Positions 39,177 to 49,476 are shown, counted from the first letter of the stretch. The stretch: DNA of 64,000 nucleotides from Sedimentisphaerales bacterium (GCA_040772485.1 JAXGYC010000009.1:32001-96000), one strand, 5' to 3'. Notes: a model not told the origin generated them from the sequence alone. Numbers and translations are program-made.

Positions 39177-39566
39177 TCACTTCAGAAACGCGATGGCGAT
39201 CGGGTAGCGCCAGGGCTGGCCCTTGTCGGCCTTCAACGCGCCCAGAACGATCAGGACGATGTGGACGACGATCAGCACCGGGATGAGAAACGCCCCGACG
39301 ACCGTGACGCCCAGCGCCGCCAGATAGATCATAAACGAGATCTGGTAGTTCATGGCCTCGCGTCCATGCTCGTCCACGAACCGGTGCTTGTCCCTCTCGA
39401 TCAGCCAGATGACCAGCGGGCCGAAGAAGCCGACCGCACCGAGAATGTGGCACAGCATCGCCATATTCCGCGCGTCCTGAGAGGTCTCCGTCTGCTGCCC
39501 TGTGTCTGTATCGTAGCCGGAAGAGGACGTTGCCTGCGACCATCGGGAACCGCTTTCTTCTGCCAT
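39177..39566 (-). CDS. DUF4870 membrane protein
   Basis: AMLCH, GPLVIWL, FVDEHGREAMNYQIS, WRYP. Confidence 0.85.
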   Translation of the reverse strand: MAEESGSRWSQATSSSGYDTDTGQQTETSQDARNMAMLCHILGAVGFFGPLVIWLIERDKHRFVDEHGREAMNYQISFMIYLAALGVTVVGAFLIPVLIVVHIVLIVLGALKADKGQPWRYPIAIAFLK

Positions 39567-39667
39567 GATTCAACTCCTGCTCTGCATGCCATGAAAACCG
39601 TTACGGCTTTATAGCAAAGGCCTTGCGCTCGGTCAAGACGGAAACGCGCACGGCCGGCAGCGTGGTC

Positions 39668-41599
39668 CTATGGCCGAGGACCGGCGCCGCTGACGTCGAT
39701 CGGCTCGATGCCCAGGACCCGTGCGGGTGAATCGGCTGCGAACTCCACCTTGCCGTCGCGAAAGGCGGTCAGCTTCGGGTCCGCCAGGACGTTGGCCGCC
39801 TCGGGCTGCATCTCGTACGCACCTGTCTGTGTGTACTGATCGAGCTTCTTGCACTCGACCTGGCCCGCAGCGCTGTAGAGGACGTTGCCCGCCAGGGTGG
39901 TGATGCCCTCGCGGTTGTCGAACACGATCTTGCCTTTGGCCCAGAGGACATTCTTCTCGAAGCGATAGTCGGACGACTTGGGCCAGGTCAGGTGCAGGTT
40001 GCCGTCGTTGACGAAGACGTTGTTGCGGATCGTGTTGCCTTTGGCCATGTGGTTGTGGCTTGGGCGCACGACGTTGACGGACAGATTGCCCTCGACCAGG
40101 CAGCCCTCGGACTGTTCGTCGAGGTAATAGGCCGAGGCGCCGTAGCCGCCCGTGTCGATGATGTCGTGGATGTAGTTGCCGCGCAGGACGAGGTTCTTGC
40201 CCCCGAAGCAGTAGATGCCGCCGCCATCGTGCAGTTCGAGCATGGCGTCGTGGATCCGGTTGGCCTCGATCACGTTGTTCTCGCCGCCACAGGTGACCGC
40301 CGAGTACGGCGCGTGGTGCACGTGGTTATGGGCGAGCAGCGAGTCCTTGCCGCCGCCGGTCAGGGCGATCGCGCTGGGGTAGGTCAGGCCCACGTTGTGG
40401 ATGTGGCTGTCAGATATCTCCAACTCGGTGCCGTTGAAGCGGACGCCGCAGGCGCCGACGTGGTGGACGTGACATCGTTGGATTCTCAGGTTCGTGCCCG
40501 TCGCCTTGATGCCTTGTCCGCCGACGTTGACAATCTCCAGGTCGCGGAGGGCACAATTCTCCGCTCCGCTGACCGAAAGCGCGCCGTCGAAGAGGCCCGC
40601 GCCGAAGCCGCCGGCCTTGAGTGGCGTGGTGGTCGCTGAGAGCGTCAGTCCTTGCAGGGTGATGTCCCGAACGGGCTGGTCGCGGCGGCCCTGAATCCGG
40701 AGGATCGACTCGACGGCCGGCGCCAGGACCTTCGCCTGGCTCATGTCCTCGCCGGGCAGGGGCCAGTAGACCACCTTGCCCGCCGTGCGGTCGAGATACC
40801 ACTGTCCGGGCTCGGTCATTCCTTCGCGGACGTTCCAGACGACGTAGGTCTTGACGCCGAACGCGCCGGCCGGGTGCCCCGTCGGGCTGGAGAACGTCAG
40901 CGTGTGCGTGGCGGTGTCGATCGCTGCGATGCCCACCATCGAGTCGTCCCACATGTGGTAGACCGTGACCTCGGCGTTCCGGATGTCCAGCCACGGGCCC
41001 AGGTCTTCGGGTCGGTACTTCATCGTGGTCAGCTCGGCCTCCGTGGGCTTGCGTTTCCAGCCGCCGCCGGTGGTGCTCATCCACGGCACGTCGAAGACGC
41101 TGCGATGCTCGAAGCGGCCTTCCTTCGGCAGCCGGGCCCGGGGGCAGTAGCGACCGTTGACGATCAGCGTGCGGAAGTCCCATTGGCCCTCTTTGACGCC
41201 GGGCACCGCCGCGGCGTAGAAATCCGGGCCGTCCTTGTGCCACCCGGTGACCATGCGGCCGCCGTACAGCGTTACATCGGCGCTGGCCGTGGCCTCGATT
41301 GTCAGCCCGTTGTCCCTATCGCTCAGAACGATGGGTTCATCGATGTAGTACTCGCCCGCCTGGACGACGATCCGCCGTGGCGCCTCGGTCCCCAGCGTGC
41401 GAGCCGCCCGGCACGCGGCGCCCAGCGTCGCCAACGGTCCGTCCGTGCGCTCGCCGTTAGGCTGCACCGCCCGGCCCGACCAGGCGTCGTTGCCGTTCGG
41501 CGCCACGTACAACGTCGCGGCTTCAGCGCCACAAGTTCGACTGGTCACAAGGGCGGTCAACACCAAGACGGCTGTCAGGGTCACAAGGGTTCTGCTCAT
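39668..41599 (-). CDS. Secreted right-handed parallel beta-helix protein (GH141-like)
   Basis: LYVAPNGNDAWSG, DGPLAT, EPGQWYLD, DGGGIY, YYLDEQS. Confidence 0.8.
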   Translation of the reverse strand: MSRTLVTLTAVLVLTALVTSRTCGAEAATLYVAPNGNDAWSGRAVQPNGERTDGPLATLGAACRAARTLGTEAPRRIVVQAGEYYIDEPIVLSDRDNGLTIEATASADVTLYGGRMVTGWHKDGPDFYAAAVPGVKEGQWDFRTLIVNGRYCPRARLPKEGRFEHRSVFDVPWMSTTGGGWKRKPTEAELTTMKYRPEDLGPWLDIRNAEVTVYHMWDDSMVGIAAIDTATHTLTFSSPTGHPAGAFGVKTYVVWNVREGMTEPGQWYLDRTAGKVVYWPLPGEDMSQAKVLAPAVESILRIQGRRDQPVRDITLQGLTLSATTTPLKAGGFGAGLFDGALSVSGAENCALRDLEIVNVGGQGIKATGTNLRIQRCHVHHVGACGVRFNGTELEISDSHIHNVGLTYPSAIALTGGGKDSLLAHNHVHHAPYSAVTCGGENNVIEANRIHDAMLELHDGGGIYCFGGKNLVLRGNYIHDIIDTGGYGASAYYLDEQSEGCLVEGNLSVNVVRPSHNHMAKGNTIRNNVFVNDGNLHLTWPKSSDYRFEKNVLWAKGKIVFDNREGITTLAGNVLYSAAGQVECKKLDQYTQTGAYEMQPEAANVLADPKLTAFRDGKVEFAADSPARVLGIEPIDVSGAGPRP

Positions 41600-41734
41600 C
41601 TCTATCACTCCTCTGAGATCGAATCACCGATTCTATGCTGGTCACTGTGTCCGGTCATTCTAACCGACTCGCCGGTCCGACGAAACGCCTTGCTTGCGAC
41701 GGCGGGATTGCTCTGAAGTCGCCTGGGTACGCGC

Positions 41735-41845
41735 GTGGCAGCCTCAAACGCGCAGCGTTTGGGGATGGTAGACACACGCGTCACACCAATTTCGAAAGGC
41801 TGTCCATGCCAGGAGCCATCCCCAAGCTTCGCTTGAGGCTGCCAC
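41735..41845. repeat. GTGGCAGC...GCTGCCAC palindromic element, copy 2
   Basis: gtggcagcctcaa...ttggggatgg...ccatccccaa...ttgaggctgccac. Confidence 0.85.
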
Positions 41846-41923
41846 GAGTTATGTAAGAGGCGGCGCGGGCTTGCCGGCAAAAGACGTTTGCCAAACCGGT
41901 GGCCGCGCGTCTATAGTTTGGCC

Positions 41924-42703
41924 ATGTCGGCTTCGGGAAATGTTGGTATCGCTCTGGGTTTGACGCTGCTGGCCGGCCTCTCGACGGGGATCGGCAGCGC
42001 CATCGCCTATTTCATCAAGCGCCCCAAGATCGTGTACCTCGCCTTCGCGCTGGGTCTGTCGGGCGGCGTGATGATCTACATCTCGTTCATGGAGATGCTG
42101 CCCGATGCGATGGAGACGATGGGCGAGGCCTGGGCGCTGCTGGTGTTCTTCCTCGGCATCGGCGTCATGGCCCTGGTCGATCTGGTGATCCCCGAGCCGG
42201 AGAACCCCCACAACTTCGAGGACATGGACGAGCCGAGGGTCGCTCACGGCAGTCACAAGCTCATGCGCACCGGCCTGTTCACCGCGCTGGCAATCGGCGT
42301 GCACAACTTCCCCGAAGGCCTGGCGACGTTCGCGGCGGCGCTGAGCGACGTGAAGCTGGGCGCGTTCATCGCCCTTGCGATCGCGATCCACAACATCCCG
42401 GAAGGAATCGCCGTGTCGGTCCCGGTCTTTTACGCGACGGGCAGCCGGAAGAAGGCATTCCTCTACTCATTCCTCTCCGGCGTCTCCGAGCCGGTCGGCG
42501 CGTTACTGGGCGTGGTCGTGCTGATGCCCTTCCTGACGCCGATGGTCCTGGCGGGCACGCTGGCCTTCGTCGCTGGCGTGATGATCTACATCGCGCTCGA
42601 CGAGCTGCTGCCGACTGCCCATCGCTACGGCCACGGCCACCTCGTCATCGGCGGGATCGTCTTCGGCATGCTCGTTATGGCCCTGAGCCTGCTGATGCTC
42701 TGA
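41924..42703 (+). CDS. zupT: ZIP-family zinc transporter
   Basis: AGLSTGIG, HNFPEG, HNIPEG, DELLP. Confidence 0.92.
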   Translation: MSASGNVGIALGLTLLAGLSTGIGSAIAYFIKRPKIVYLAFALGLSGGVMIYISFMEMLPDAMETMGEAWALLVFFLGIGVMALVDLVIPEPENPHNFEDMDEPRVAHGSHKLMRTGLFTALAIGVHNFPEGLATFAAALSDVKLGAFIALAIAIHNIPEGIAVSVPVFYATGSRKKAFLYSFLSGVSEPVGALLGVVVLMPFLTPMVLAGTLAFVAGVMIYIALDELLPTAHRYGHGHLVIGGIVFGMLVMALSLLML

Positions 42704-42717
42704 ACAGGCAGGCGAGA

Positions 42718-42794
42718 AGTCTCTTAGGTCCTTCAGGTCCCTTTGGTCCTTTGGGGCCAAAAGGACCTAAGAGACCTAAAGGACCGAAAGGACT
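42718..42794. repeat. Inverted array of degenerate nonamers (GGTCCYTTN / NAAGGACC)
   Basis: ggtccttca ggtcccttt ggtcctttg ... aaggaccta agagaccta aaggaccga aaggact; second copy at 61741. Confidence 0.85.
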
Positions 42795-43748
42795 CTATGC
42801 CGCCGCTCCGGCGCTGGTCGCCGGCTGGATCACCGACGCGGCGGTCTTGATCACGCCGGCGATGTTGGCCAGGTCCGAAGGGATGATCATCGTGTTGTTG
42901 GTCTTGGCCAGCTTGCCGAACTCGCCGAGGTACTGCTCGGCGATCCGCAGGTTGACCGCGGCGGCGCCGCCCTTGTCACTGATGGCGGCGGCGATCTTGC
43001 GGATGCCCTCGGCGGTCGCTTCGGCGACCCGCTGAATCTCGACCGCGCGGCCTTCCGCTTCGTTGATGCGCTTCTGCTTCTCGCCCTCGGAGCGGGCGAT
43101 CATCTCCTGCCGGTCGCCCTCGGCGCGGTTGATCTTGGCCTGCCGGTCGCCCTCGGAGACCGCGATCTCCGCCCGCTTCTCGCGCTCGGCGCGCATCTGC
43201 TTCTCCATGGCGTCCTTGATGCTCTGCGGCGGCAGGATGTTCTTCACCTCGTACCGCGTGACCTTGATCCCCCAGGGCTCCGACGCCTTGTCCACCGCGC
43301 CGACGATCACGCTGTTGATGTTCTCCCGCTCCTCGAACGTCCTGTCGAGGTCGAGCTTGCCCATGACGCTGCGCATGGTCGTCTGGGCCAACTGGATGGA
43401 CGCGAACCGATAATTGTCGATCCCATAGGACGCCTTCTTGGGATCGACGACCTGCATGTAGAGGATGCCGTCCACCTCGACCGCGATGTTGTCCTTGGTG
43501 ATGCAGGACTGCGACGGGACGTCGATCGCCTGTTCCTTGAGCGTGTGGCGGTAGGCCACCTTGTCCACGAAGGGCATCAGGACGTGAAAGCCCGCCTCGA
43601 GCGTCGCGGCATACTTTCCGAGGCGTTCGACGATGAAGGCCTGCTTCTGCGGCACGATGCGGATCGTCTTGACGAAGACGATGACCGCAAAGACCAATAT
43701 GCCGATCAGGATCACAGTCCAGGCACTGAAGGTAGATTGCGCCAGCAT
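42795..43748 (-). CDS. SPFH/stomatin-like protein (QmcA/paraslipin type)
   Basis: IVERLGKY, CITKDN, LAQTTMRS, QMRAEREKRA. Confidence 0.93.
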   Translation of the reverse strand: MLAQSTFSAWTVILIGILVFAVIVFVKTIRIVPQKQAFIVERLGKYAATLEAGFHVLMPFVDKVAYRHTLKEQAIDVPSQSCITKDNIAVEVDGILYMQVVDPKKASYGIDNYRFASIQLAQTTMRSVMGKLDLDRTFEERENINSVIVGAVDKASEPWGIKVTRYEVKNILPPQSIKDAMEKQMRAEREKRAEIAVSEGDRQAKINRAEGDRQEMIARSEGEKQKRINEAEGRAVEIQRVAEATAEGIRKIAAAISDKGGAAAVNLRIAEQYLGEFGKLAKTNNTMIIPSDLANIAGVIKTAASVIQPATSAGAAA

Positions 43749-43800
43749 GGTTGGTTTCCTCTCAAAAGGGCGTTTTGTGTTCTGTCCGGACGAAGACGGC

Positions 43801-44259
43801 CTATAGCGGCTTGACCGTCAGCGTTGCACTGCTCTTCTGCGTGATCTGGACGACCGCACCAGCGGCAATCTCCTCGTCCGCCTGCGCGGTCCAGTGGGTT
43901 CCGTGGAATTCCACCCGCCCGGCCAGCTTGGGCGTGATCGGGCTCGTCACGATGGCGCGCTGTCCGACGTACTCGTTCAGATCGACGTTCGCATTCTGCT
44001 TGTCGGTGGTGAACCCGCCGAACATGCCCTTGACCCAGCGCCGCGCCCCGGCCAGCAATACCACCGAGGAGGCGATGAACAGGCCCAGTTGGGCGTTCAG
44101 CGAGATCGGCGTCGCCAGGCACACCCCCGCGACAATCCACGCGCCGACCGCGAAGAACGCGACGATCAGACCGGGGAGGATGAATTCCGCCACCAGCAGC
44201 ACGAGACCCACCACGAACCAGATCAGCTCCGGTCTCAGGAAGTCTTTCAACCAGTCCAT
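43801..44259 (-). CDS. NfeD-like (YbbJ) protein
   Basis: TM helices plus OB-fold GRVEFHGTHWTA; adjacent to SPFH. Confidence 0.88.
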   Translation of the reverse strand: MDWLKDFLRPELIWFVVGLVLLVAEFILPGLIVAFFAVGAWIVAGVCLATPISLNAQLGLFIASSVVLLAGARRWVKGMFGGFTTDKQNANVDLNEYVGQRAIVTSPITPKLAGRVEFHGTHWTAQADEEIAAGAVVQITQKSSATLTVKPL

Positions 44260-44307
44260 ATCTCGTCCTTTCCAGAACGCACGGGTGTCGATGTCACAGG
44301 CCGCTTT

Positions 44308-44622
44308 CTACGCCACGACCACCGCCGTGCCGTAGGCCAGGATCTCCGCGGCGTGCGTCATCACCTCCGACGTCGAGAACCGAACGCCCACAATGGCGTT
44401 GGCGCCCAACTTCTGGGCGTCCTCGATCATCCGGTCGATCGCCTGCTCGCGCGATTCGCCCAACAATTTGGTGTACTCGGCGATCTCCCCGCCGACGAGA
44501 TTGCGCAGGCCCGCCAGGATGTCCTTGCCGAGGTGGCGGGCGCGAATCGTGTTGCCGCGCACCAGACCGAGGTGTTTGGTGATCGTCTTTCCCTCTATCG
44601 TATCCGTCGTCGACAGAAGCAT
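44308..44622 (-). CDS. YbjQ/UPF0145 family protein
   Basis: GLRNLVGGE, GANAIVGVRF, AYGTAV. Confidence 0.92.
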   Translation of the reverse strand: MLLSTTDTIEGKTITKHLGLVRGNTIRARHLGKDILAGLRNLVGGEIAEYTKLLGESREQAIDRMIEDAQKLGANAIVGVRFSTSEVMTHAAEILAYGTAVVVA

Positions 44623-44626
44623 GGGT

Positions 44627-45073
44627 CTATCTCCTTACCTCTTTATAGCGGTCTCTGCTCCAGAAATAGATTCGCTCCCGGACTACGGAGACGAACAGAA
44701 TCGCCAGTCCCGCCAGCAGCGCCAGCAGGCCCACTTTCAGCAGGGTGCTGACGGTCGGGTCCCTGATGACGGTCTCTATGGCCGTGAATCCGCCATAGAT
44801 CAGCAGCAGGATGCCGGCCACAGAGAACACCATCCATCCGATCCCGCGCTCGATGCGATTGTACAGGCCGCCCCAGTACTGCTGCCAGAGACGGTCTTCC
44901 GGCTCCACCAACGTCACGTTGTCGGTGATCTGTTTGAGCTTCGTGAACTCCTCGATCTCTTTGCGGCAATCGGAACAGGAGGCTAGGTGTGCCTCGAACG
45001 CCCGTCTCTGCGCGTCGTCGAGTTCGTTGTCAAGATAGCCCATCATGAAGTCCTTGTAATCCCGGCAGGTCAT
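44627..45073 (-). CDS. Zinc-finger (ZAS/zf-HC2) membrane anti-sigma factor
   Basis: MTC...YLDNEL...HLASCSDC; two TM helices. Confidence 0.88.
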   Translation of the reverse strand: MTCRDYKDFMMGYLDNELDDAQRRAFEAHLASCSDCRKEIEEFTKLKQITDNVTLVEPEDRLWQQYWGGLYNRIERGIGWMVFSVAGILLLIYGGFTAIETVIRDPTVSTLLKVGLLALLAGLAILFVSVVRERIYFWSRDRYKEVRR

Positions 45074-45696
45074 GGTTTCTGACCTCCTTTCCAGGGCTCG
45101 GTCCGATCGTCATCGGGCCCGGCGTCCATGTCGGGTGAGCCCTCTAATATCTCTTTCAAGCGTTTGCGTGCGTAGTACAGACGACTGGTCACCGTCCCCC
45201 GGTTGCAGAAGAGCACCTTGGCCATCTCGTCGTATGAGAGGCAGCGAAAGTGTCTCAGGACGATCACTTCGCGGTGCTTCTCATCCAGCCGGCTGATGGC
45301 GCGCCAGACGCGGTCCTTGGATTCGTTTCTTTCGGCCACCATTTCCGGATCGAAGACATCGGCCGGGTCGCTCGGCGTCGGCTCGCTGTCCATTGCGTCG
45401 AGACTCTCGGCCCGCCGCAGTCTTCGCTTGCGAAGGTGACTGAAACACAGGTTCCTCAGAATCTGGTAGAACCATGGGAAAAACTTCTCCTGACTGTTGA
45501 GTTGATCGAAATGTTTGTAGGCCCGATAAAACGCCTCCTGCGAAAGCTCCAGCGCGTCTTCGCGATTGCCCACCAGACCCAGCGCGATGAAGTAGGCGTC
45601 CTTCATGTGCGTCTTGACAACCACCTCGAACGCCTCGCGCGGGCTCCGGCATGAGCTCCATGCCACAGCGGTGTTCTGTTCGCATAGGCTTTCCAC
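45070..45696 (-). CDS. ECF RNA polymerase sigma factor (pair 4)
   Basis: ELSQEAF, FFPWFYQILRN, SYDEMA...GTVTSRLYYAR. Confidence 0.9.
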   Translation of the reverse strand: MESLCEQNTAVAWSSCRSPREAFEVVVKTHMKDAYFIALGLVGNREDALELSQEAFYRAYKHFDQLNSQEKFFPWFYQILRNLCFSHLRKRRLRRAESLDAMDSEPTPSDPADVFDPEMVAERNESKDRVWRAISRLDEKHREVIVLRHFRCLSYDEMAKVLFCNRGTVTSRLYYARKRLKEILEGSPDMDAGPDDDRTEPWKGGQKP

Positions 45697-45946
45697 TGTA
45701 CGGCCACTCCCGGCCCCCCCACGTTCACGTCCGACCCTGATCCTGGTCGCTGCTTATATTGACCTGACAAGGGGTCTTTTTCTTCAAAAAAAATGTTGGA
45801 AAATGCGCGCCCGGATTCGGGTCGCGCGGCACGACCGGTCGGACAAACTCTTCCCAGTGCGTTCGCCCCTGGGTACTATAGCTCCGAACGCGACCGTCTT
45901 GGAGGGCGCCGCTCGCGTGCTGCTGACGTGATTGGACAGGTGGACG

Positions 45947-48133
45947 ATGCTTTCGATGGTTCATGGAAACACCTTTTACGAAACCGCGATTATTCTAAGT
46001 CTGGCGGCGGTGCTTGGCATCCTCGGCCAGCGTCTGCGCCAGCCCCTGGTCATCATGTTCCTGGCAACCGGGATCCTGGCGGGCCCGGCCTGTCTGGGCC
46101 TGATTCGCAACTACGAGCAGATCGAGCTGCTGGCGTCCATCGGGATCGCCCTGCTGCTGTTCATCGTCGGGTTGCGGCTGGACCTGAACCTGATCCGCAC
46201 CACCGGCCCGGTGGCCCTGGCCACCGGTCTGGGCCAGATCGTCTTCACTTCCGTCATCGGGTTCGTCATCGCGCTGGCCCTGGGGCTGCCCGTGGTCGGC
46301 GCGGTCTACGTCGCGGTGGCGCTGACGTTCTCCAGCACGATCATCATCGTCAAGCTCCTGTCGGACAAGAGGGAGATCGACGCATTGCACGGGCGCATCG
46401 CCGTGGGGTTCCTGATCGTGCAGGACATCGCGGCCGTCCTGGCCCTCGTAGCCCTGACGACCTTCGGCTCGGGCTTGTCTCGTGGCCAGTCGCCCGTGAC
46501 GACGTCGCTGCTCATGGCCCTCAAGGGGGCGGGTCTTCTGGTCGGCATCGGCCTGCTCATGCGATACGTTCTGCCTCGGCTGCTGGCAAAGCTCGCCCAG
46601 TCGCAGGAGATGCTCGTGCTCTTCGCGATCGCCTGGGCGGTGCTGGTCGGAGCCGCCAGTGAAAGTCTGGGATTCAGCAAGGAGATCGGCGCGTTTCTGG
46701 CCGGCATCTCCCTGGCGACGACCGAGTTCCGCGATGCGATCAGCGCCAAGCTGGTGAGCCTGCGGGACTTCCTGCTGTTGTTCTTCTTCATCGACCTCGG
46801 CGCCCGCCTGGACTGGTCGACCGTGGGGGCCCAGCTCGGGGCCTCGCTGTGGCTGTCGCTGTTCGTGCTCCTCGGCAATCCCCTGATCGTCCTGATCATC
46901 ATGGGCGCGATGGGCTATCGGCGCCGCACGAGCTTTTTGGCCGGCCTGACGGTGGCCCAGATCAGCGAGTTCTCACTGATCGTCGGGGCGCTCGGCGTTT
47001 CACTGGGCCATATTTCGCGGGAGACGATGGGCCTGATCACGCTGGTGGGGGTGGTCACGATCTTCGCTTCGACGTACATGATTCTTTACTCGCAGCCGCT
47101 GTACCAGTTCCTTTCGCCGGCGCTGAGAATCTTCGAGCGCAAGAATCCGTATCGCGAAACCACCGGCGACACCGCCGGCCCGGCTGGCCCGATGGACGCG
47201 GCGGTGGACGTCATCCTCGTCGGACTGGGCAACTACGGCAGCGGCCTGGCCGAGCGACTGCTGGAGCGGCGCATGCATATCGTCGGCGTCGACTTCGATC
47301 CGCAGGCCCTCGAGCGGTGGCGCGCCCGAGGCGTCTCCGTGCTCTATGGGGACATGGCCGACCCGGAGGTGTTCGAGCAACTGCCGATGCGCAACGCACG
47401 CTGGGTCGTCAGCACCGTTCGCTCGAAGGACGTGAGCTTCGCCCTGCTGGCGGTGCTCAAGCAGCGCGGCTACCAGGGCAAGGTGGCGCTGACGGCGGCC
47501 GACCAGGCGGAAGCGACGCTGTACGAACGTGCGGGCGTCCACGCGATTCTGCGTCCGTTCAGCGACGCCGCCGAGCAGGCGGCCGATGCGCTGACCGACG
47601 CGATGCATCTGCTGCCGCAGGATGTGGACTGGCCCGTGGCCTTTCAGGAGGTGCGCCTGCGATCGGGCTCCGCCTTCGCCGGGCAGAGCCTGCGGGACAT
47701 CCCGCTGCGCTCGCTGACGGGCGTCTCGGTCCTGGCAGTCAGCCGGGCCGGACACGCTCACTACGAACCGGCACCGGATTTCCGAGTCTATCCGGGCGAC
47801 CGCATCATCCTCATGGGCTCGCCCGGAGTGCTCAAGCAGGCGGAGGGACTCATCAACCAGATGGAGACCGTCGAGTCGGTGAACCGGCGCGAACGCTTCG
47901 AGGTCGCTGAAATCCCCCTGGACGGCAGGCCCGACTGGACGGGCAAGACGCTCGCGGAGCTGCAATTTCGCCAGCGCTACGGAGTCACGGTGGTCGGCAT
48001 CCATCGGGGCGACGAGCGTCTCACCTCACCCGGTCCCAACGAGCAACTGCGCCAGCAGGACCGGCTCATCGTCATCGGCACCGCCGACAGGATTGCCCCG
48101 CTCAGACACCATGAGACGCTGCAACCGGCCTAA
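45947..48133 (+). CDS. CPA2/Kef-type cation:proton antiporter with RCK_N and two RCK_C domains
   Basis: LFIVGL, FSSTII, QISEFS; VGLGNYG, YGD; two TrkA-C repeats. Confidence 0.9.
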   Translation: MLSMVHGNTFYETAIILSLAAVLGILGQRLRQPLVIMFLATGILAGPACLGLIRNYEQIELLASIGIALLLFIVGLRLDLNLIRTTGPVALATGLGQIVFTSVIGFVIALALGLPVVGAVYVAVALTFSSTIIIVKLLSDKREIDALHGRIAVGFLIVQDIAAVLALVALTTFGSGLSRGQSPVTTSLLMALKGAGLLVGIGLLMRYVLPRLLAKLAQSQEMLVLFAIAWAVLVGAASESLGFSKEIGAFLAGISLATTEFRDAISAKLVSLRDFLLLFFFIDLGARLDWSTVGAQLGASLWLSLFVLLGNPLIVLIIMGAMGYRRRTSFLAGLTVAQISEFSLIVGALGVSLGHISRETMGLITLVGVVTIFASTYMILYSQPLYQFLSPALRIFERKNPYRETTGDTAGPAGPMDAAVDVILVGLGNYGSGLAERLLERRMHIVGVDFDPQALERWRARGVSVLYGDMADPEVFEQLPMRNARWVVSTVRSKDVSFALLAVLKQRGYQGKVALTAADQAEATLYERAGVHAILRPFSDAAEQAADALTDAMHLLPQDVDWPVAFQEVRLRSGSAFAGQSLRDIPLRSLTGVSVLAVSRAGHAHYEPAPDFRVYPGDRIILMGSPGVLKQAEGLINQMETVESVNRRERFEVAEIPLDGRPDWTGKTLAELQFRQRYGVTVVGIHRGDERLTSPGPNEQLRQQDRLIVIGTADRIAPLRHHETLQPA

Positions 48134-49476
48134 TCGAGCTTTCGACCGAAGCAGAAGAGGTGTTGGAAGCCGCGCAGGAAGACTTGGCCGTCGCTGATCG
48201 CAGGCGAAGCATAGCACGATTCGCCCATCTCGTATTGCGCGACGCGTTCGAACTGCGCTGCCGGTCTGATCACGTTCACCTGGCCGTCGTCGTTGATGAA
48301 GAAGACCAGTCCTTCTATCAGCACGGGGGATGCGTGATGCCGCCCGAGCTTCTCCTGCCAGAGCGCCTGGCCGGTGGCGGCCTCGTAACAGAACGCCACG
48401 CCGGAGTTGTTGATGGTCAGCAGAAAATCACCCGCGACGATCATGGAGGGAACGTAAGGGGCCCCCTTCGTGTCGCGCCAGGCGACGTGGGTCTCTGTGA
48501 CGTCTCCGTCGCCGTCGGGTCGGATCGCCAGAAGCACCTGCTTGGGCCAACTGCTGCTGACGAAGACCAGTCCGGCCTTCTCGCTGTAGACCGGCGTGGC
48601 CACGAATTCCTGCGAAGGACCGTCCACTTTCCAGATCACCTGGCCGGTGTCGGGATCGAAACTGGTAACGCACCGGTCGCCGCACTGGATCAGTTGGTGG
48701 CGTCCGGCGATCTTGCGGATCAGTGGGGCGCTGTAGCTGATTCCTTTGTTCTCGCGGCGGATCCGCCAGAGCGTCTTGCCGTCCTCGCGACGCAGAGCGA
48801 TCAGGAAGGAGTCGCCTTTGCTGTCCCCGTCGACGATGACCTTGTCGTCGAACAACACCGGCTCGTTGCTGAAGCCCCATTCGCCCGCGTGCGTTCCCAC
48901 CTGGACCCGCCAGAGCTGTCGGCCGCTGTCGACGTCGTGCGCCGCAACAACGATGTCATCGCCGACGCGGAAGGCGGCGTATACGCGCTGCCCATCGGTG
49001 GCCGGCGTGCCCGAGGCGTAGCTGTTCTCTCTGTGGATCTTCTCCAACGGTCCCTGCACGACGGTCTGTTGCCAGAGGATCGCGCCGGTGTGGCGATCCA
49101 GGCAGAGGAGCATGCGCTGCTGTGTCGCCGGCAGGGCGGTCACGGTCAGGACGCGATCGGCCCAGACGACGGGAGAGGCGTGCCCCACGCCGGGAAGCGC
49201 GGTCTTCCAGATCGCCGTTGCCGGGTCCCATCGGGCCGGAACGTTCTGCTCGGCGCAGGTACCGTCGCCGCGCGGGCCGCGCCAGCCGGGCCAGAATTCC
49301 GCTCGCGCAACCGAGGCCGTGCAGAGCACCAGGCCCGCAAGCAGGCCAATAAAAGAGGGTGGGTTCTCCACCCACGCACGACGGGCCCTTCGAGAAGGAC
49401 CTCGCGTGGGACAGGAACCCACCCTATACGTTGGCCGAACGCCCCACCGGCTGTCGAGAGCGCAATGACAAGTCAT
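48130..49476 (-). CDS. PQQ-like beta-propeller (BamB-like) secreted protein
   Basis: WPGWRGP, ASPVV, TPATDG, YASPAIS; start uncertain. Confidence 0.85.
   Translation of the reverse strand: MTCHCALDSRWGVRPTYRVGSCPTRGPSRRARRAWVENPPSFIGLLAGLVLCTASVARAEFWPGWRGPRGDGTCAEQNVPARWDPATAIWKTALPGVGHASPVVWADRVLTVTALPATQQRMLLCLDRHTGAILWQQTVVQGPLEKIHRENSYASGTPATDGQRVYAAFRVGDDIVVAAHDVDSGRQLWRVQVGTHAGEWGFSNEPVLFDDKVIVDGDSKGDSFLIALRREDGKTLWRIRRENKGISYSAPLIRKIAGRHQLIQCGDRCVTSFDPDTGQVIWKVDGPSQEFVATPVYSEKAGLVFVSSSWPKQVLLAIRPDGDGDVTETHVAWRDTKGAPYVPSMIVAGDFLLTINNSGVAFCYEAATGQALWQEKLGRHHASPVLIEGLVFFINDDGQVNVIRPAAQFERVAQYEMGESCYASPAISDGQVFLRGFQHLFCFGRKLD
49356..49429. repeat. AGGGTGGG...CCCACCCT REP doublet overlapping the PQQ gene N-terminus
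   Basis: agggtgggttctccacccacgc ... gcgtgggacaggaacccaccctatac. Confidence 0.7.
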
